Part shown: positions 27,351-45,120 of the stretch, one piece after another
Layout: every line of letters begins with the position of its first letter
Position numbering within the stretch: the stretch's first letter is position 1
Assembly: GCA_951406725.2 (NCBI GenBank)
Contig: OX597816.1
Span: forward strand, 156,426,001-156,490,000
Direction: 5' to 3'
From: Octopus vulgaris
Taxonomy: Eukaryota
DNA: 64,000 nucleotides
Program-made: the position numbers and the translations under genes
The notes under the pieces: model-generated
The model's database searches: none
What the model was told of the DNA's origin: nothing
What the model saw: the letters and a program-made list of their open reading frames with translations, nothing else

Positions 27351-28905
27351 CAATAAATGAAATCAAATACTATTCTGCTGTAGGCCTTGATAGATTTCCC
27401 GCTAGTCTCCTGAAGCAATGTAGACACCAACTTGCAGTCCCTCTGCCCAACCTCCGGAGAAATTCTTTAGGCTCAGATTATATACCGAAGCAGCTCTTAT
27501 CCCAAGTCTGTCACTCCGGTTTTAAAAGAAGGAAACAGATCTCTCACAGTCAAATATTGTCAAATCTCACTCACCTCCCATATTATTTTGAGAGGGTGAT
27601 AGCTGGCTTCCTAGAAAGCTACATACTCCTAAATTCAAACCAGCATGACTTTCGCTACGGCAGGGACTTTCTAACACAGCTTTTACACCACATCGATGAT
27701 ATACTTAAAGCCTTGTGAATAGGTTCGGACTCTGATGTCATATATATATTGACTTCGGTAAAACGTTCGATACAGTTGACCAAAATATCCTACTATCAAA
27801 ACTGACAAATGTTAGAATCCATGGAAACCTCTACACTGTATTGAGTATTTACTGGTGAACAGAGCACAACATGTGATCAGTGGAATCCACTCAAGCCCAG
27901 CAAAAGTCACCAGTAGTGTGCCTCTGGGGATTGTCTTGGGCCCGCTCCTCTTTATAAGCTATATAAACGACCTTTCTAGCGTCATCAAACACAGAAAAGT
28001 GAATATATTTGCTGATGACTCTAAGCTCCAGAAAATTATCAATGAAGAAGAAGACCGAACGCAACTCCAGTCTGATCTATATGCTGTGAGTCAATGGGCA
28101 GATAAAAACAAAATGTAACGAAACGAAGGAAAATTTGAGCTGATGCAAACTACACTAAAACAACCATACTCTTTTCCTTCAGGGAAATCTCTCACAACAT
28201 CTAATAATATCAGAGACCTGGGAGTATTTGTTGATAACAATCTCAGTTGGGGTCCCCATATCAACAATAAGGTCAATATAGCTCGGAGGATGAACTCCTG
28301 GATCCTAAAAACCTTCCGGTCCAGAGAAGGTGTCATCATTCCAGCTTTTTCCTCCTTTGTATGGCCACACCTCGAATACTGCTGCCCCCTGTGGTCCCTC
28401 TACGAAACAAAACATCTCGAAAATTGAATCACCTCAGAGGTCATTCACTAAAAGAATTAAGGGCATGACTAATCTCGATTACTAGGACCGCCTTAAAGCA
28501 TGGAAACTCTATTCTCTCCTCAACATTATCTTCAGAATTCATCCAGGCTAGGACCACGGGCCATACGTCCCCTACCCAACTCAGGATCACAACACATCAA
28601 TACGCTGCTACACAATTTCTTTTCCTCAACAGACTATGCCCTATTTACCATTGTCCCGAAACAGATGAAAGAGGAAAGGATTCCATTACCTTTAAACAGA
28701 ATCTGGACAATTTTCTTCAAGGAATACCAAATAAGTCACCTGTAGTTGAATACAACTCATTTAACAAGAACTCCCTACTCGAATGGACCCATGATACCGC
28801 CAAACTTGACCTAAAAAGGATTTTGATAATCCTATCAGGGTGCAATTAAGTTAGACATGACCTGGACCAATCTTTGGTCGAAACATATCTAAGCTTTGTC
28901 TAAGT
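27351..28905 (+). mobile_element. CR1/L2-like LINE ORF2, RT domain and 3' end (decayed)
   Basis: Motifs SAVGLDRFPASLLKQC, QHDFR, IDFGKTFD, VPLGIVLGPLLFISYINDL, IFADDSKL, RDLG and PHLEYCCPLWS. Short repeated tctaag tail. Confidence 0.88.
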
Positions 28906-28980
28906 TTATATATATATATATATATATACATATTTGAGTAATTGAATGAATTATCTTATTAAGGATAATTCGAAAGATAA

Positions 28981-29055
28981 CCTGATGAGAAATCTGCATA
29001 ATGTACTCCTTATTCCTTCGGAATTAGGAATATGCAGCCTTCGAAACATATGTCG
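28981..29055 (+). ncRNA. Hammerhead ribozyme motif with intact catalytic core and long stem II
   Basis: CTGATGA, gaa..ctgcata...tatgcag..ttc, GAAAC, atat, GTC. Stem I is poorly paired. Confidence 0.6.
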
Positions 29056-29284
29056 AGAATAAAGGATATTTGTTAACTAGTCGTTCAACTCCATTCTTTC
29101 ATATACTTATATATATACATATATACAACGGGCTTCTTTCAGTTTCCGTCTACCAAATCTACTCACAAGGCTTTGGGCGACCCGAAGCTATAGTAGAAGA
29201 CACTTGTCCAGGGTACCAAAGCCTGGGAACCCGGAACCATGTGGTTGAAAAGCAAGATTCTTACCAGACAGCCACACCTGCACC

Positions 29285-29446
<162 letters not shown>

Positions 29447-29809
29447 CACACGACCGGCTTCTTTCTGTCAATCAATTCCCACATGGCTTTATGCACGAAA
29501 TACATATATACATAGATTCAATTACATAGTAGGTAAGGAGCGTAGTTAAGTATTTTTTCTTCTTTTTTTTTTTTTGTACGTCATAGTAAATTCGTTGTTC
29601 GGAATCATGTCATCTCTAGCCGTGACCATTCTTTTACATTTTTTAAGCTGCCGATACATTTAGTGCTAAAATACCTGTTTCAATTCTTCACTTTTTAAAA
29701 AATCTTTTTTACGTTTAATGATTCAGTCAGGTGTGGCTGCTATTTCTTGGAAGGCTCATCAATGCACAAATCGTGTTCGATGTCAGGTTTGTTTACTGCA
29801 GTACGTTTA

Positions 29810-29811
29810 TA

Positions 29812-29859
<48 letters not shown>

Positions 29860-29869
29860 GCTACTACTG

Positions 29870-29921
<52 letters not shown>

Positions 29922-31752
29922 ACCTTCTACTACTACTACTACACCAAACTTCGTCGGGTTGTTTGTTGCGGCTGGTGCATTTCTTGTTTCTTCGTCTGTC
30001 ACTCTCCTTGCTGCTGTTGCTGCTGCACTTAGAAATACTGCAGCTGCATGTATTGGGATTGCTGCAGTAACTTCCATATTGTTTATGATGCACCTTTGTT
30101 TATTTTCGCATGATGTTTTTGTTTTGTTTTTTATTTTTATTTTTGTAGCGTGGTGGGGGGGTCTTACCAGAATCGTCACTACTTTCGCCGTTGTTATGGC
30201 AACACTATTCGAAGTTACTTTATTTGTCGGTATCTTCTCGTTACACTACGCTTTGTTTATACCGCAGTTGTCGGTGTTTTTGTCAATTATGATGCAAATT
30301 TTAGTGTTGGCAAACATGTCGATGCAGGTGTTGGTGTTCTTCTTCTTCTTCCACGCCATTAGCCACAAAGAACAATCTCTAATTCGAGCCTACTCTAAGC
30401 TACTAAGAATGCGTACGGCAACTTGAAGATCCACCCACTACACGCGATAGACTGGCGGTTGCACGGGTGCGAAAGCTACGTTGTTATCCTCATTCCGTAA
30501 ACGGTGGCTTTTAACGGGTGGAGAGCTGAACCATCCTGGGGTACAGTAGATTCGCAATCTAGACTAGGGTCTGAAAATTTACCACACCATAGTGGGTTAC
30601 ACATGGTTCCTCTGCTTTGTGACAGAAGTAGAAAGAAAGAGTGGGAGAAAGTTGTGGTGAAAGAGTACAGCGGGGTTCACCAACCCCCTACCCATCGGAG
30701 CCTCGTGGAGCTTAGCTGTTTTTGCTCACTAGACACTCACAATGCCCGGTTTGAGAATCGAAACCGCGTTCTTACGACTGCCCTAACCACTGGGCCATTG
30801 CGCCTCCACTGGTGTTGGTGTTGTTGTTGTTGTTAAGCAAAAAGACGGGTAAGGGTGATTAGGTGATGGTCTAGGGCTTAGGGGCGGGAGATCCCAGACC
30901 TTGGAAGAAAAAAACTTTGGTTGTCTTGTTGTAGACGAAGGCTCTTCGTTGACGCCCGACACCACTGGGAGGTGGCCCTCGAAGTCGCTGGAAATGGAGA
31001 TCTCCAGGTCCAAATTCTTGAACGGCTGGTGTTGGTGTTGCTACAGTTGTCAGCATTGTTTCTAGTTTACTTCTACACTTCTTGTTGTTGGTTCGGTTTT
31101 CACCTGTTGCTGTTCTTCTTTCTATCGCAGCGATGCACCTTTTGCCGTTGTTTCAGATATCGCTGATTGTGATATTGCCATTACTATTGCACATCCAGCT
31201 ATTACTGCAGCTACTGGTGCATTGGTTATTATTACTGCACTTCTTTAGTGTCGCAGTCGTCAGTACCTGTTGTTGCTGCACTCTTTGGTGTTACGACACT
31301 TCACTGTTTCTTTTGTTGTTATTGCGCTCTTTGGGTTTTCTGCAGTTGTTGGTGCCTTTGCTACTGGTGCTGCATTTTTGGTGTTACTGCACTTGTCAGT
31401 ATCTCTATTGTTACTATTGATATAATTTTAGGTGTTACTGCAGTTGTTGGTGTTTTTGTTGCTATTGCTGCACTCTTTGTTCTTACTGCATTTGATATTT
31501 TTTGTTGTTGCTGCACATTTTTTGTGTTAGTGCAGTTAACTATTTTGGTGTTTCACTTTTCGGTCTTACTGCAGTTGTAATTCTTGCTGTATTTCTTGCT
31601 GCACAATTCGACGTTAGTAGATTAAGCTGTCTTTCACGTTGCACCATTTGGTGTTACTGCAGTTGAAGATGCCTGTTGTGTTGTTGTTACTAATGTTAGT
31701 GTGTCGTTGTTGTTGCTATAGCCCACTATTACTAATATCACAACCACCACCG

Positions 31753-31813
<61 letters not shown>

Positions 31814-31929
31814 GATTACTACTACTACTACTACTACTACTACTGCAGCTGCTGCTAATGCTATTACTACTACTAGTGCTTCTTGCTCTTTTTCTTCTTG
31901 TCCTTCTTCATTTCCTTCTTCTTCTTCTT

Positions 31930-31970
<41 letters not shown>

Positions 31971-32112
31971 GCAGCTGCTGCTAATACTTTTACCACTAAT
32001 AGTGCTTCTTGCTCTTCTTCTTTTTCTTTTTCTTCTCCTTCTACTACTTCTACTACTACTGCAGCTGCTGCTACTACTGCCACTACTACAAGTACTAGTA
32101 CTGCTGCTGCTG

Positions 32113-32174
<62 letters not shown>

Positions 32175-32620
32175 TCTATTACTACCTGTTGCAGTTGTTT
32201 CAAACTCTGGTCAACTGAAAAAACCCAGCCGTGCCCAGTCCGTCTCCTTTTCTCTTCTCATTCATTGATTCCAAATATCTCGGACGAAACTATTCAAAGT
32301 AACCTTGATGTAGAGATTTCGTGGCTATTTCTAACAAGTGCGTTGGCCACGTATAAGACAGCCCCTCATACGTTCACTCGATGTTTGTGGTGATGATGGT
32401 AGTGATGCTGGGGCTCATGAAAGTAGTGTTGGTTGGGGTAGAAGAGGTTATTAGGATAGTGGTTTCGGTGGTAGCAATGGTAGTGCTTTGTGTTGGCGCT
32501 AGTGATATTGTTGTTTGTGACGGTAGTGGAGCTACTGTATCGTTAGCTGTGGCGATGGTTGCAGTAGTAGTAGTAGTAATTGTTGTTGTTGTTGTTATAG
32601 TAATTGTAGACATTCTTTAT
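29810..32620. repeat. (CTA)n/(CTG)n/(GTT)n low-complexity domain with an embedded SINE S3 head (30625-30808, minus)
   Basis: Visible trinucleotide runs. ccctaaccactgggccattgcgcctcc matches the S3 head. Confidence 0.85.
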
Positions 32621-32729
32621 CTTGTTTTTGTGTCTCCTTCATACTTGGTCTGTATTTTTGTTTTTATCTAAATTTACAAAATGTAAATGAATATCTATCT
32701 GTCTATCTATCTGTCTGTCTGTCTGTCTG

Positions 32730-32812
<83 letters not shown>

Positions 32813-32874
32813 CATTATAATATTATATATATATATATATATACGTTTATATACACTTATACTCACACACACAC

Positions 32875-33003
<129 letters not shown>

Positions 33004-33177
33004 ATATATATACATTATATATTATATATTTATGTATACATATATTTACACACGTGCACACACACACTCATCTATCTTTCTCTCTATCTCTCTCTATATA
33101 ATTATTAATGTATATAGGTGCTCATATAATCCGCTACTATATGTAGTATGCATACACACACACACAGATGCATGTAC

Positions 33178-33612
33178 ACACATAGGCCGGATATTGATGT
33201 CTGAGACAGACAAGAAACACCATGTACCGTCAAAGAGATCAGTTGTCCTGCTGATGTGAATATCTGTTTGAAAATCAAGGAGAACCAGGCGAAATATGGT
33301 CAACTGCTTCGAAACCTCCAACTTCTATATCCAGATTATACATTCATATTTATACCAATAATAATTGGTGCTCTTAGCTTTGGGAGTATGTGTCTAAGTC
33401 GCAATCTGGATAAGCTAGGGTTTTTAGAAAAAGAATTCAACCGACTGATTCGCACTTTACAAATACTATGTGTAAGTGGAACAGTAATAATATTCAAGAC
33501 ATTTCTCAACGTTAAAATATGACATCATACTTCGTTTTTGTATTTGGTTTACAAGATGTGAATTCATGTGTTGATACAAATCTTGTTGTATCTTCTGAAA
33601 GTTATCACGCCA
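33178..33612 (+). mobile_element. R4/Dong-like non-LTR retrotransposon 3' end (restriction-like endonuclease) followed by (AAT)n
   Basis: HRPDIL..., then [47 protein letters not shown]...SGTVIIFKTFL. Ends in an (aat)n tract, the known Dong-type target. Confidence 0.8.
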
Positions 33613-33626
33613 ATAGTAATAATAAC

Positions 33627-33726
<100 letters not shown>

Positions 33727-35438
33727 GTAATAATAAAAATAAGAAGAAGAAGAAGAAGAAGAACAACAACAACAACAACAACAAAAACAACAACAACAAC
33801 AACACACGCACTGGTTCAATATCATTTCTTTATTGTTAGTCAATGGCTAATCGATCGTTCATTTAATGTGTTGGTTAAACAATCAAACGGTTGTTTGTTT
33901 GCCAAAGTCCCTCTGTCACAATTCATCAATGACATGCCGCCTCTCTTCAAATTCTGCCTTGAGTGTGTTTCAAGATTTTGTGTCATGTCTGTGTGTATGT
34001 ATGCTTGTATGAATTAAGATGTGTGGCCGCTTACAAAAGAAGAGAAGTGTGAGTAAATGAAGAGTATATATGTGTGCATGTGTGCGTATTTGTGCGGTTA
34101 TGTGTGTCTGCCTATGGCCATGCTTATATGTTTGTGAATGTGTGCGCCATGTCTTCTTTAAGGGGTCGGCCTTTTGTTCAAGTTCAGTTCGGTCCCAGAT
34201 CTGCAAGGATTTGCTTCATTTATGGCAGTAATACTTTATGTAGGGCGGAGGGAAGTGATAACAGAATGTGTGTGTGTGTGTGTGTGTGAGTGTCTGACTG
34301 CTTGTGCGAGCGTTTGAAGTGTGTGGTCTAGAGTGCGACAGATGAGTCGGTTGTGTGAGTCAGTGCGTATGCTGTATGTGTGTTTGTGTTAATTTGTGAG
34401 TGTTTGCATTCAAAGGTGTGCATTCCATTACATGTGTGTGCGCACCTGGGTATGCGTGAAGTGTAGCCATTTGTTTTAACAGGTAAGCATCAGTGCGTAT
34501 GCCTGCATATGTGCGTTTTTCGTGAGCGTGAATGTCTTCTAGCGTACTTGTATTTGTGAGCGTATGTGTGCTCGAATGCTTGCGCATGTCTGTATGTGTG
34601 TATATCTGCATATGTATATGTCTGTATGTTTAGTGTATGCGCGAGGACTTCAGTGTGTGGTTGTCTGTTCAAGTGTGTGTATTTGTGTGTGTGTGCGTAT
34701 GTATGTGCGATTATGCGTTCGTGTGTGTGTGCGTGCACTACCACGCGGTGGTGGAGGTGTATGGTAGTGTGTTGGAATTGTTGATAATTGCCTGTATTTA
34801 TTTGTATGGATTTCCCTGTACCCTGCAGTCATTTTAATCCTACCCTATAGACACATGCAATCCACCCATACACATGGACGCACATGTGTGTGTACACACA
34901 CACAAGCACACACACAAATACACACAATACACACACATACAGACACTACACACCCTGTGTGGGTGGTATCAGTGACGTTGAGTTGGTTCTACTACCTGCT
35001 ACGTATATTTTCAATTCAGTATTAGCCATATCTTATTTATGAGGACATACGTATCTGTCGTAACGAAAGGTCACTTGGATGTTTAGGCAAGATTTGGATG
35101 CTACTTTGATTTAGTATGCCGCCTTGGCGATCTTGACATGCTAATAGAATATAGATAACTTCTCCGTCCTATTATATTCCCGCCAGTGTGCATTTAATCT
35201 CTCAGTTGAATGACTTTAAGTCTCCGCAATGTATATAACATTCCTGATATTGAAATCACCCTGCGATCATTTTATGCGGTAGACGATATTTTTGGTCTTA
35301 TAGTTACTACTGGGTCGCATTAAACGAAATGACAGATTAGTTGGGTGTATATATTTCAACGACTGACTAACTATAATGAAGTGATATTTGACGAGTGTTT
35401 GTGTCTATAATTATTAGCGTAATATTGCTGCCAAGAAA

Positions 35439-35836
35439 GGCGGCAAGCAGGCAGAAAGGTTAGCACGCCGGGCAAAATGCGTAGCCGTATTTCGTCTGTC
35501 GTTACGTTGTGAGTTCAAATTCCGCCAAGGTCGACTTTGCCTTTCATCCTTTCGGGGTCGATTAAATAAGTACGAGTTGCACACTGAGGTTGATATAATC
35601 GACTTAATCCGTGTGTCTGTCCCTGTTTGTCCCCTCTGTGTTTAGCCCCTTGTGGGTAGTAAAGAAATAGATATTTCGTCTGCCGCTATGTTCTGAGTTC
35701 AAATTCCACCGAGGTCGACTTTGCCTTTCATCCATTCGGAGGTCGATAAAGTAATTACCAGTTGCGTACTGGGGTCGATCTAATCGACTGGCCCTCTCCA
35801 CAAAAATGTCGGGCCTTGTGCCTTGAGTAGAAACGA
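35439..35836 (+). mobile_element. SINE family S2 dimer
   Basis: Same head and duplicated core as 21889 and 50168. Confidence 0.9.
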
Positions 35837-36246
35837 ATATTCTTGACAAGAAGAAATGTGATATGGTTAGTTCTCTAATTCCAAAGATAGAGTTTGCGTC
35901 TTTGTTAGAAACTAACTCCTTCTTTAGAGAAAGGATTTAACTAATTAAGAACAATGTCTAGGGTGTTGCACCCATGATCGTGAGATCATGGTTTCAATTC
36001 ATCAAACGGGTGGTAAATTGTGCTCTTGAGCAAAACACTTCATCTCATGTTTCCCTGCGATTACAGTGCACCTGTTCAGGAAACGTCGATATAATGGAGG
36101 GAGTGAGCTAATGTACTGCATAAGCATTTGATCATTAGAAACAAATCGTTCGTGCAGGTCGTTCGGTAAAAGCTGAACGCTCATACGTCATCTTCGACAG
36201 GAGAGTCCGTCATACACACACACACCATTGTACATACATATGTATG

Positions 36247-36330
<84 letters not shown>

Positions 36331-36393
36331 GTATATATATATATATTATATATATATACAAATATTATGTGTCTGTAGCTGTAAGCATGTGTA

Positions 36394-36429
<36 letters not shown>

Positions 36430-36597
36430 TATGTACCTGTGCGTATGTGTGCATATCCTTCCGTGCGTAACTTTGGATTCGTCTCCTACCAACACCTGAC
36501 AACCGGCGTTGGTATGTTAGCGTATTCGTAACTTCTGCAGAACGGACCGATAAAATAAGTAGAAGGCTTAAAATAAAACGAATGCTGGGATCAATTT

Positions 36598-36994
36598 CTT
36601 TTCTACTCTAGGCACAAGACCCAAAATTTGGGGAAAGGAGACCAGTCAATTAGATCGACCCCAATACGCAACTGGTAATTACTTTATCAATCACGAAAGG
36701 ATGAAAAGCAAAGTCGACCTCGGCGGAATTTGAACTCAGAACTTAAAGACAGACGAAATACCTATTTCTTTACCACCCACAAGGGGCTAAACACAGAGAG
36801 GACAAACAAGGACAGACAAACGGATTAAGTCGATTGCATCGACCCCAGTGCGTAACTAGTACTTAATTTATCGACCGAGAAAGGATGAAAGGCAAAGTCG
36901 ACCTCGGCGAAATTCGAACTCAGAACGTAACCGCAGACGAAATACCGCTAGGCATTTCGCCCGGCGTGCTAATGTTTCTGCCAGCTTGCCGCCT
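36598..36994 (-). mobile_element. SINE family S2 dimer
   Basis: Reverse complement of the 35439-35836 structure. Confidence 0.9.
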
Positions 36995-37043
36995 TGCTGG
37001 GACCAGTTTGTTCCACTAAACCCTTCAAGATGAGAAAATAAAA

Positions 37044-37134
<91 letters not shown>

Positions 37135-37835
37135 TTCTCTGTCTTTCTATCTCTGCCTCATATGCTTTCTTTCTCTGTCAACTTTAAACTACAAATGTAT
37201 GCTAATTATATTTGTTGTTGTTTCGTTGTCGGCTCCTTTCCGATAGCCGATGTCTGTACATATTCTTCAACTAACTTATTCAACGTATACTTCCGTCCTC
37301 GAAGAGGGAAGGTTACGATCTTGTTACTGTCATATCTTCCTACTACGTATACAACTATATAAGATCGTCCTCATCGATTCCCGGTAATATTATGTATACC
37401 ATTCTTTTAAAGGAAATAATTGCCAATAAGTTTGTTGCTAATTATTTTTCTTTGTAAAAGTTGCTGTAGTTGTTTTGTTGTTAATTACTCTGTTCATAAT
37501 GTTGCTATGCTGTTACTGTTCATGTAGATTTAGTTATTTTTGCGGGCAAAGTTTTTTTTTTCTTTTTAGTTTTTGTCTTTTAAACTTTAGAAAGGAGGGA
37601 ATATCTAATTACACATTTCACTTTTATCTTTTACATGCTTCATTCGTTGGACTCTGGCCATGCTGGGGCATTGTCTGGAAGATTTTAGACGAAAATTTTG
37701 AGCCCAGTACTTACTTTAAAACCAAGTGCTATTTCCGTCGGTTTCCTTGCCTAAGCCATTAAGTTACGGGCACCGGAACGCACCAATACCGGTGGTCAAA
37801 GTTTGATCACCGGTATTATATATATATATATACAC

Positions 37836-37886
<51 letters not shown>

Positions 37887-37901
37887 GATATAATATAATA
37901 T

Positions 37902-37942
<41 letters not shown>

Positions 37943-37984
37943 GCATATATATATATACATGCATATATATATACATGCAACAAG

Positions 37985-38015
<31 letters not shown>

Positions 38016-38264
38016 GCATATATATATATACATGCATATATATATACATGCAACAAGTAAACATGAAATACGAAAACAAATGAGTTAAATACGCACATAA
38101 CGCGACAAAAACACGGAAAACAAGACAAATAATACAAAGAATACAAAGGATGACCCCCTCATCAGTTGTCCGCTTTCAATCTACTCCTCATTTCGAGCCA
38201 TCAACGACAATATGAGTCTTCGAAGACAGTTGCTCCCAAAGCCACGCATCCATTTCCAATTAAG

Positions 38265-38309
<45 letters not shown>

Positions 38310-39963
38310 AACGCGCTTCTTTAAGCTTCCGTCTACACACGCAAGTATACTATATATATGTCTCCATAACCTAGCGGATTGGCAGTTATGACTGGCTCCT
38401 CTTGAAAACATGTGACAATCTCAAGTTTCAATTATTTTACAAACTGATATTCCATTAAGGAAAGAGATAGGTTAATTGCCTGAAGAGGTGTGTTTCTGGC
38501 TCAAAAACCTTCGTCAGACATTCCTCGATCTTATTTCCAGTAGCAAAGTACTTAGACTAATACGAAACTGAGTAGAATGGTCTTCTACACAATTTCCGTC
38601 TAACAAATGTATACTTCCGTCCTCGAAATGGGCCTGAACCCCCGAAGCCATGTGATTAACCACAAAGCCATACATGCACCTATGTAACTGTTCATGAAAG
38701 TTTCCACAACCGCTAAAACTGCTCAGTACAAATTAGGAATTTATTTTTAAATGAGAGACATTGCTTCATTGTCCGATAAACTGAATTCAACTGAATGGAA
38801 AGGCACCGAAAGACCAGGTGAAGGGATTAAACAAGAGACTATGTCTTCAATCCAACTGCTCAAAGCAAAAGGGTTGTAACGATTACCACAAGGCATCACT
38901 TCCAACGCTCTAACTGCTCTGTCAAATTTACAACGCTTGACTGTTAAGACCCCGAAATGATATAGGGAGATTTTCCTCGCTGTTATTTGAACCAAGTTCA
39001 CTGACAGTCGGAATAAAAGGTTCAAGGCATTTAGTCCGACGTTGTAATGACTGAAGGCGGCGTGCTGGCAGAATCGTAAAAATGTCGGGCAAACTGCTTA
39101 ACGGTAATTTTCCGTGCCTTTATGTTCTGTGTTCAAACCCCGCAGTGATCAACGTTACCTTTCATCCCTAAAGTATCAATAAAGTATAGCACCAGCCAAG
39201 TACCTGAGTCACTGTACTCGACAGGTTCTGTCCTTGAAAATTTCAGGCCTTTATCCCTGCAAAGGAAGGTGTCCCATAGAAGTGTAATGCTGTGATCTTG
39301 GTCACTTATACGTCATGGAAACCTGGTACCGACCTCTGAAATCCTTGGTCTCAATAAAACTAGAAACAAAGGTAAGAACCCTGCCATTTTCTTCTTTACA
39401 GTATTGCTATTGTTAATCTTATCATACTCACGTCTCTTACTATCCCCTCTGAAGGGGCCCAGTCTAAAGTTTCCGTCTACACAGTAAAACTGCGTTGATG
39501 TAAACTATATAGAAGCCTGCCGGATGGTTTTTATCTGTAACTGAAAGGTAAAGCCTTGTTGCAAAGTGAGTCCAGTTAATTGTTCCTACTTTCTTTAATA
39601 ACATATATCTATAGAATACCCAGCCACTTACACGCTTATCCAACGACAAGTAATACGGCTGATCAAAAGAGCGATTCTTCAACGTCAAAGCAATCCATTT
39701 ATATTTTTAGTTTTGTATAGTTGTTATTATTACGAAATCCTCGGCACGCCGTGCCAAATGCTTACTGGCATTTCGTAACTCTTTGTGTTATGAGTTCAAA
39801 TTCTATCGAGTTCGGCTTTTCATTCTATCTTTTTGGGGTCGTTGAAATAAGCATTAGGACTGATGTAATCAATTTACCACCTCCTCCGATATTGTTGGCC
39901 TTGTAACATGATTTGAAGCCGATATAGCAGTTGAAAGACTTGTTATTGCTGCTATTCTTATTA

Positions 39964-40180
39964 AGGCGGTGAGCTGGCAGAATTGCGAGCACGCAGTTTG
40001 GAATGCTTATCAGTATTACGCCCGCCGCTACGTTCTGAGTTAAAATTCCGCCGAGGTTGTCTTTACCTTTCATCCTTTCGGGGTCGATGAATTAAGTACG
40101 AGTTAAGTACTGGTGGTCGATGTAATAGACTATACCCCCTCCCCCAAATTTCAGGTCTTGTGCCTATAATAGAAAGGATT
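39964..40180 (+). mobile_element. SINE family S2 monomer
   Basis: aggcggtgagctggcagaatt...cctttcatcctttcggggtcgat. Confidence 0.8.
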
Positions 40181-40187
40181 GTTATTA

Positions 40188-40455
40188 TTCATTCTCTCCA
40201 GCGCCGCCGTGAGCGACACATCATTTGCACGATTTGGAGAATATACCACCAGCATTGCCCAAATGACCTCAACATTAGCTTCAAGATTCATCTAAGAGTA
40301 GGACCAAGAGCCATACGTCACCTACCTAATTCAGGATCACAACAAATTAATACACTGTAGCACAATTTCTTTCCTCAACAGGCCCTGCACTATTTAAAAT
40401 TTGTCCCGAAACAGATCAAAGAGAAAAAATATCCGTTCACCTTTAAACGGAATCA
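40188..40455 (+). mobile_element. CR1/L2-like LINE 3' fragment (same family as 27351-28905)
   Basis: HSLQRRRERHII..IWRI. gccatacgtc..ctacc.aa.tcaggatcacaac is shared with 28560-28600. Confidence 0.8.
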
Positions 40456-40499
40456 TTGATACATTGGATGCGAATGGGAGGAATCATTTCGTTATGGTT

Positions 40500-43235
<2,736 letters not shown>

Positions 43236-44861
43236 TAGAAGAGGGGAATATTTTGCGTGCATCAAAATTAAATTTGGTGCAGGAGATTGTCGATGCAGTC
43301 CCTCTTGTCCACGTTCCTCGTGAGGATCAGCATCACTTTCCGACCCACGCAACCGGAAAAGTCCTCATTCCTTTGTTAATAACAAAATACTCCCACCAAG
43401 AAAGAAGCGATTAAGTATGGCAAGTCTCCATTAAATTCGTAGTGCAAACCGTTAATCCAAGTAATGTGCAGCTCCTGCAGTTCTCACAAATGCATTTCAG
43501 CTGCGGCAGACCTTCGAGATAGACACTGCGTTCCATTATCTCTGGTCCACAATTATGTCTAGATTATTTGGAAAAATACACGTAGAAGACGAATAGCAGG
43601 CGCCATCGTTGTCCTTCAAAAAATCAACAGTGAATTTGTTACCACGTTATGGCTTTGCCATAAACATCCCATTACCAAGCTAAAAGTAGGGTTTTGGAAT
43701 TATTACAAGAGAATGCTTAGATGTCCAAATCCCAAGCAACTAAACTATATGGTTAGAGATAAAAAGTAAATAGCAGTACCGAATGATACACTTAGTACTC
43801 GAGGCTGAGAGAGAATTATCTTTGCTTGTGGTGCCTTCCTCGAGTGTCGCAGTGAAATGTCGACGTAAAACTACGACTAAAGTTTTTAAAAAAACCGCTT
43901 AACATAGACGCAAGAGCACAAATTCAAGATGTGTTAATTGTCTAAATCGACACAGTACTTCGCTGGTACGTTGCTTTATTGATCTCGACAGAATAAGAGG
44001 TAAAGTAGATCTTGGCATGAGCTGAACTCAAAAGGTAATGAGTCAGAATAAAAACAGTACGAGCAAATAATAATTATTATCAAATATTTTAACAAAAACA
44101 CAATGCCTCACATTTTGGGGAAGCTTATAGTTGCTGAATATCGCCAGAGAAAAATTAAAACGAACAGTCGACCCTGGAGGATTTGGTAATCGGTAAGTAA
44201 AGAGGTATAACTGAAGACTCTAAATCATTTAGGCGATCGATATATCAAACCACACTGGCAATCTAACGTAAAATTACTGATGACCTTGCAGATATAATAA
44301 TGACAGTAATTTTGGTAGTGTCTGTAAGTGCTGTAATGATAGCGGTGTTCGGATTACTAATGATAGATGATGATGTATAGATGGCGATGATGACGACTAC
44401 AACGACAGTGACATCGACGTTGATCATGATGATGATGTTGATGATGAGGTCGACTTTGATGAAAACGATTGACTTTGAAAACTATGACGAAGACAGCTAT
44501 GACGAAGATGACTATGATATGACCAAGCTTGTTATAACGAAGATGTCTAGCACCGCGACAATGAAGGTGATGATGGCGAGAAAAAGGTGAAGGATATGGT
44601 AATCGATATTGTCGTGATGATTGTGATGGCTTCGTTTATTTTATGGGCAGGGTAGCAAATTCGTAGAACCATTAATTGGTAGGAAAATATGCTATATTTT
44701 CAGCACTTCTTTAGGTTGTGAGCTCAAATTTCACCGATGCCGACTTTTCTTTTATCATCCAGAGGATGAGGGAATATAGTATATAGTAGCAGAGTCAATA
44801 TATTGGACTGATCTCTTGCTTCAAAGTTACTAGTCTTGCGTCTAAATTCGAAAGAAATATT

Positions 44862-44949
<88 letters not shown>

Positions 44950-45006
44950 CAGCAGTAGTAGTAGCAGTAGTGGTAGTAGTAGTAGTAGCAGCAGCAGCAG
45001 CAGTAA

Positions 45007-45039
<33 letters not shown>

Positions 45040-45086
45040 CAGCAGCAGTTGTAGTAGTAGTAGTAGTAGTAGTAGCAGCAGCAGTT

Positions 45087-45120
<34 letters not shown>

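Noticed and set aside
38470-38580. Additional HHR-like fragments (also near 11470-11506 and 32260-32297)
   Set aside because: Too many core or stem mismatches to distinguish from chance by eye.
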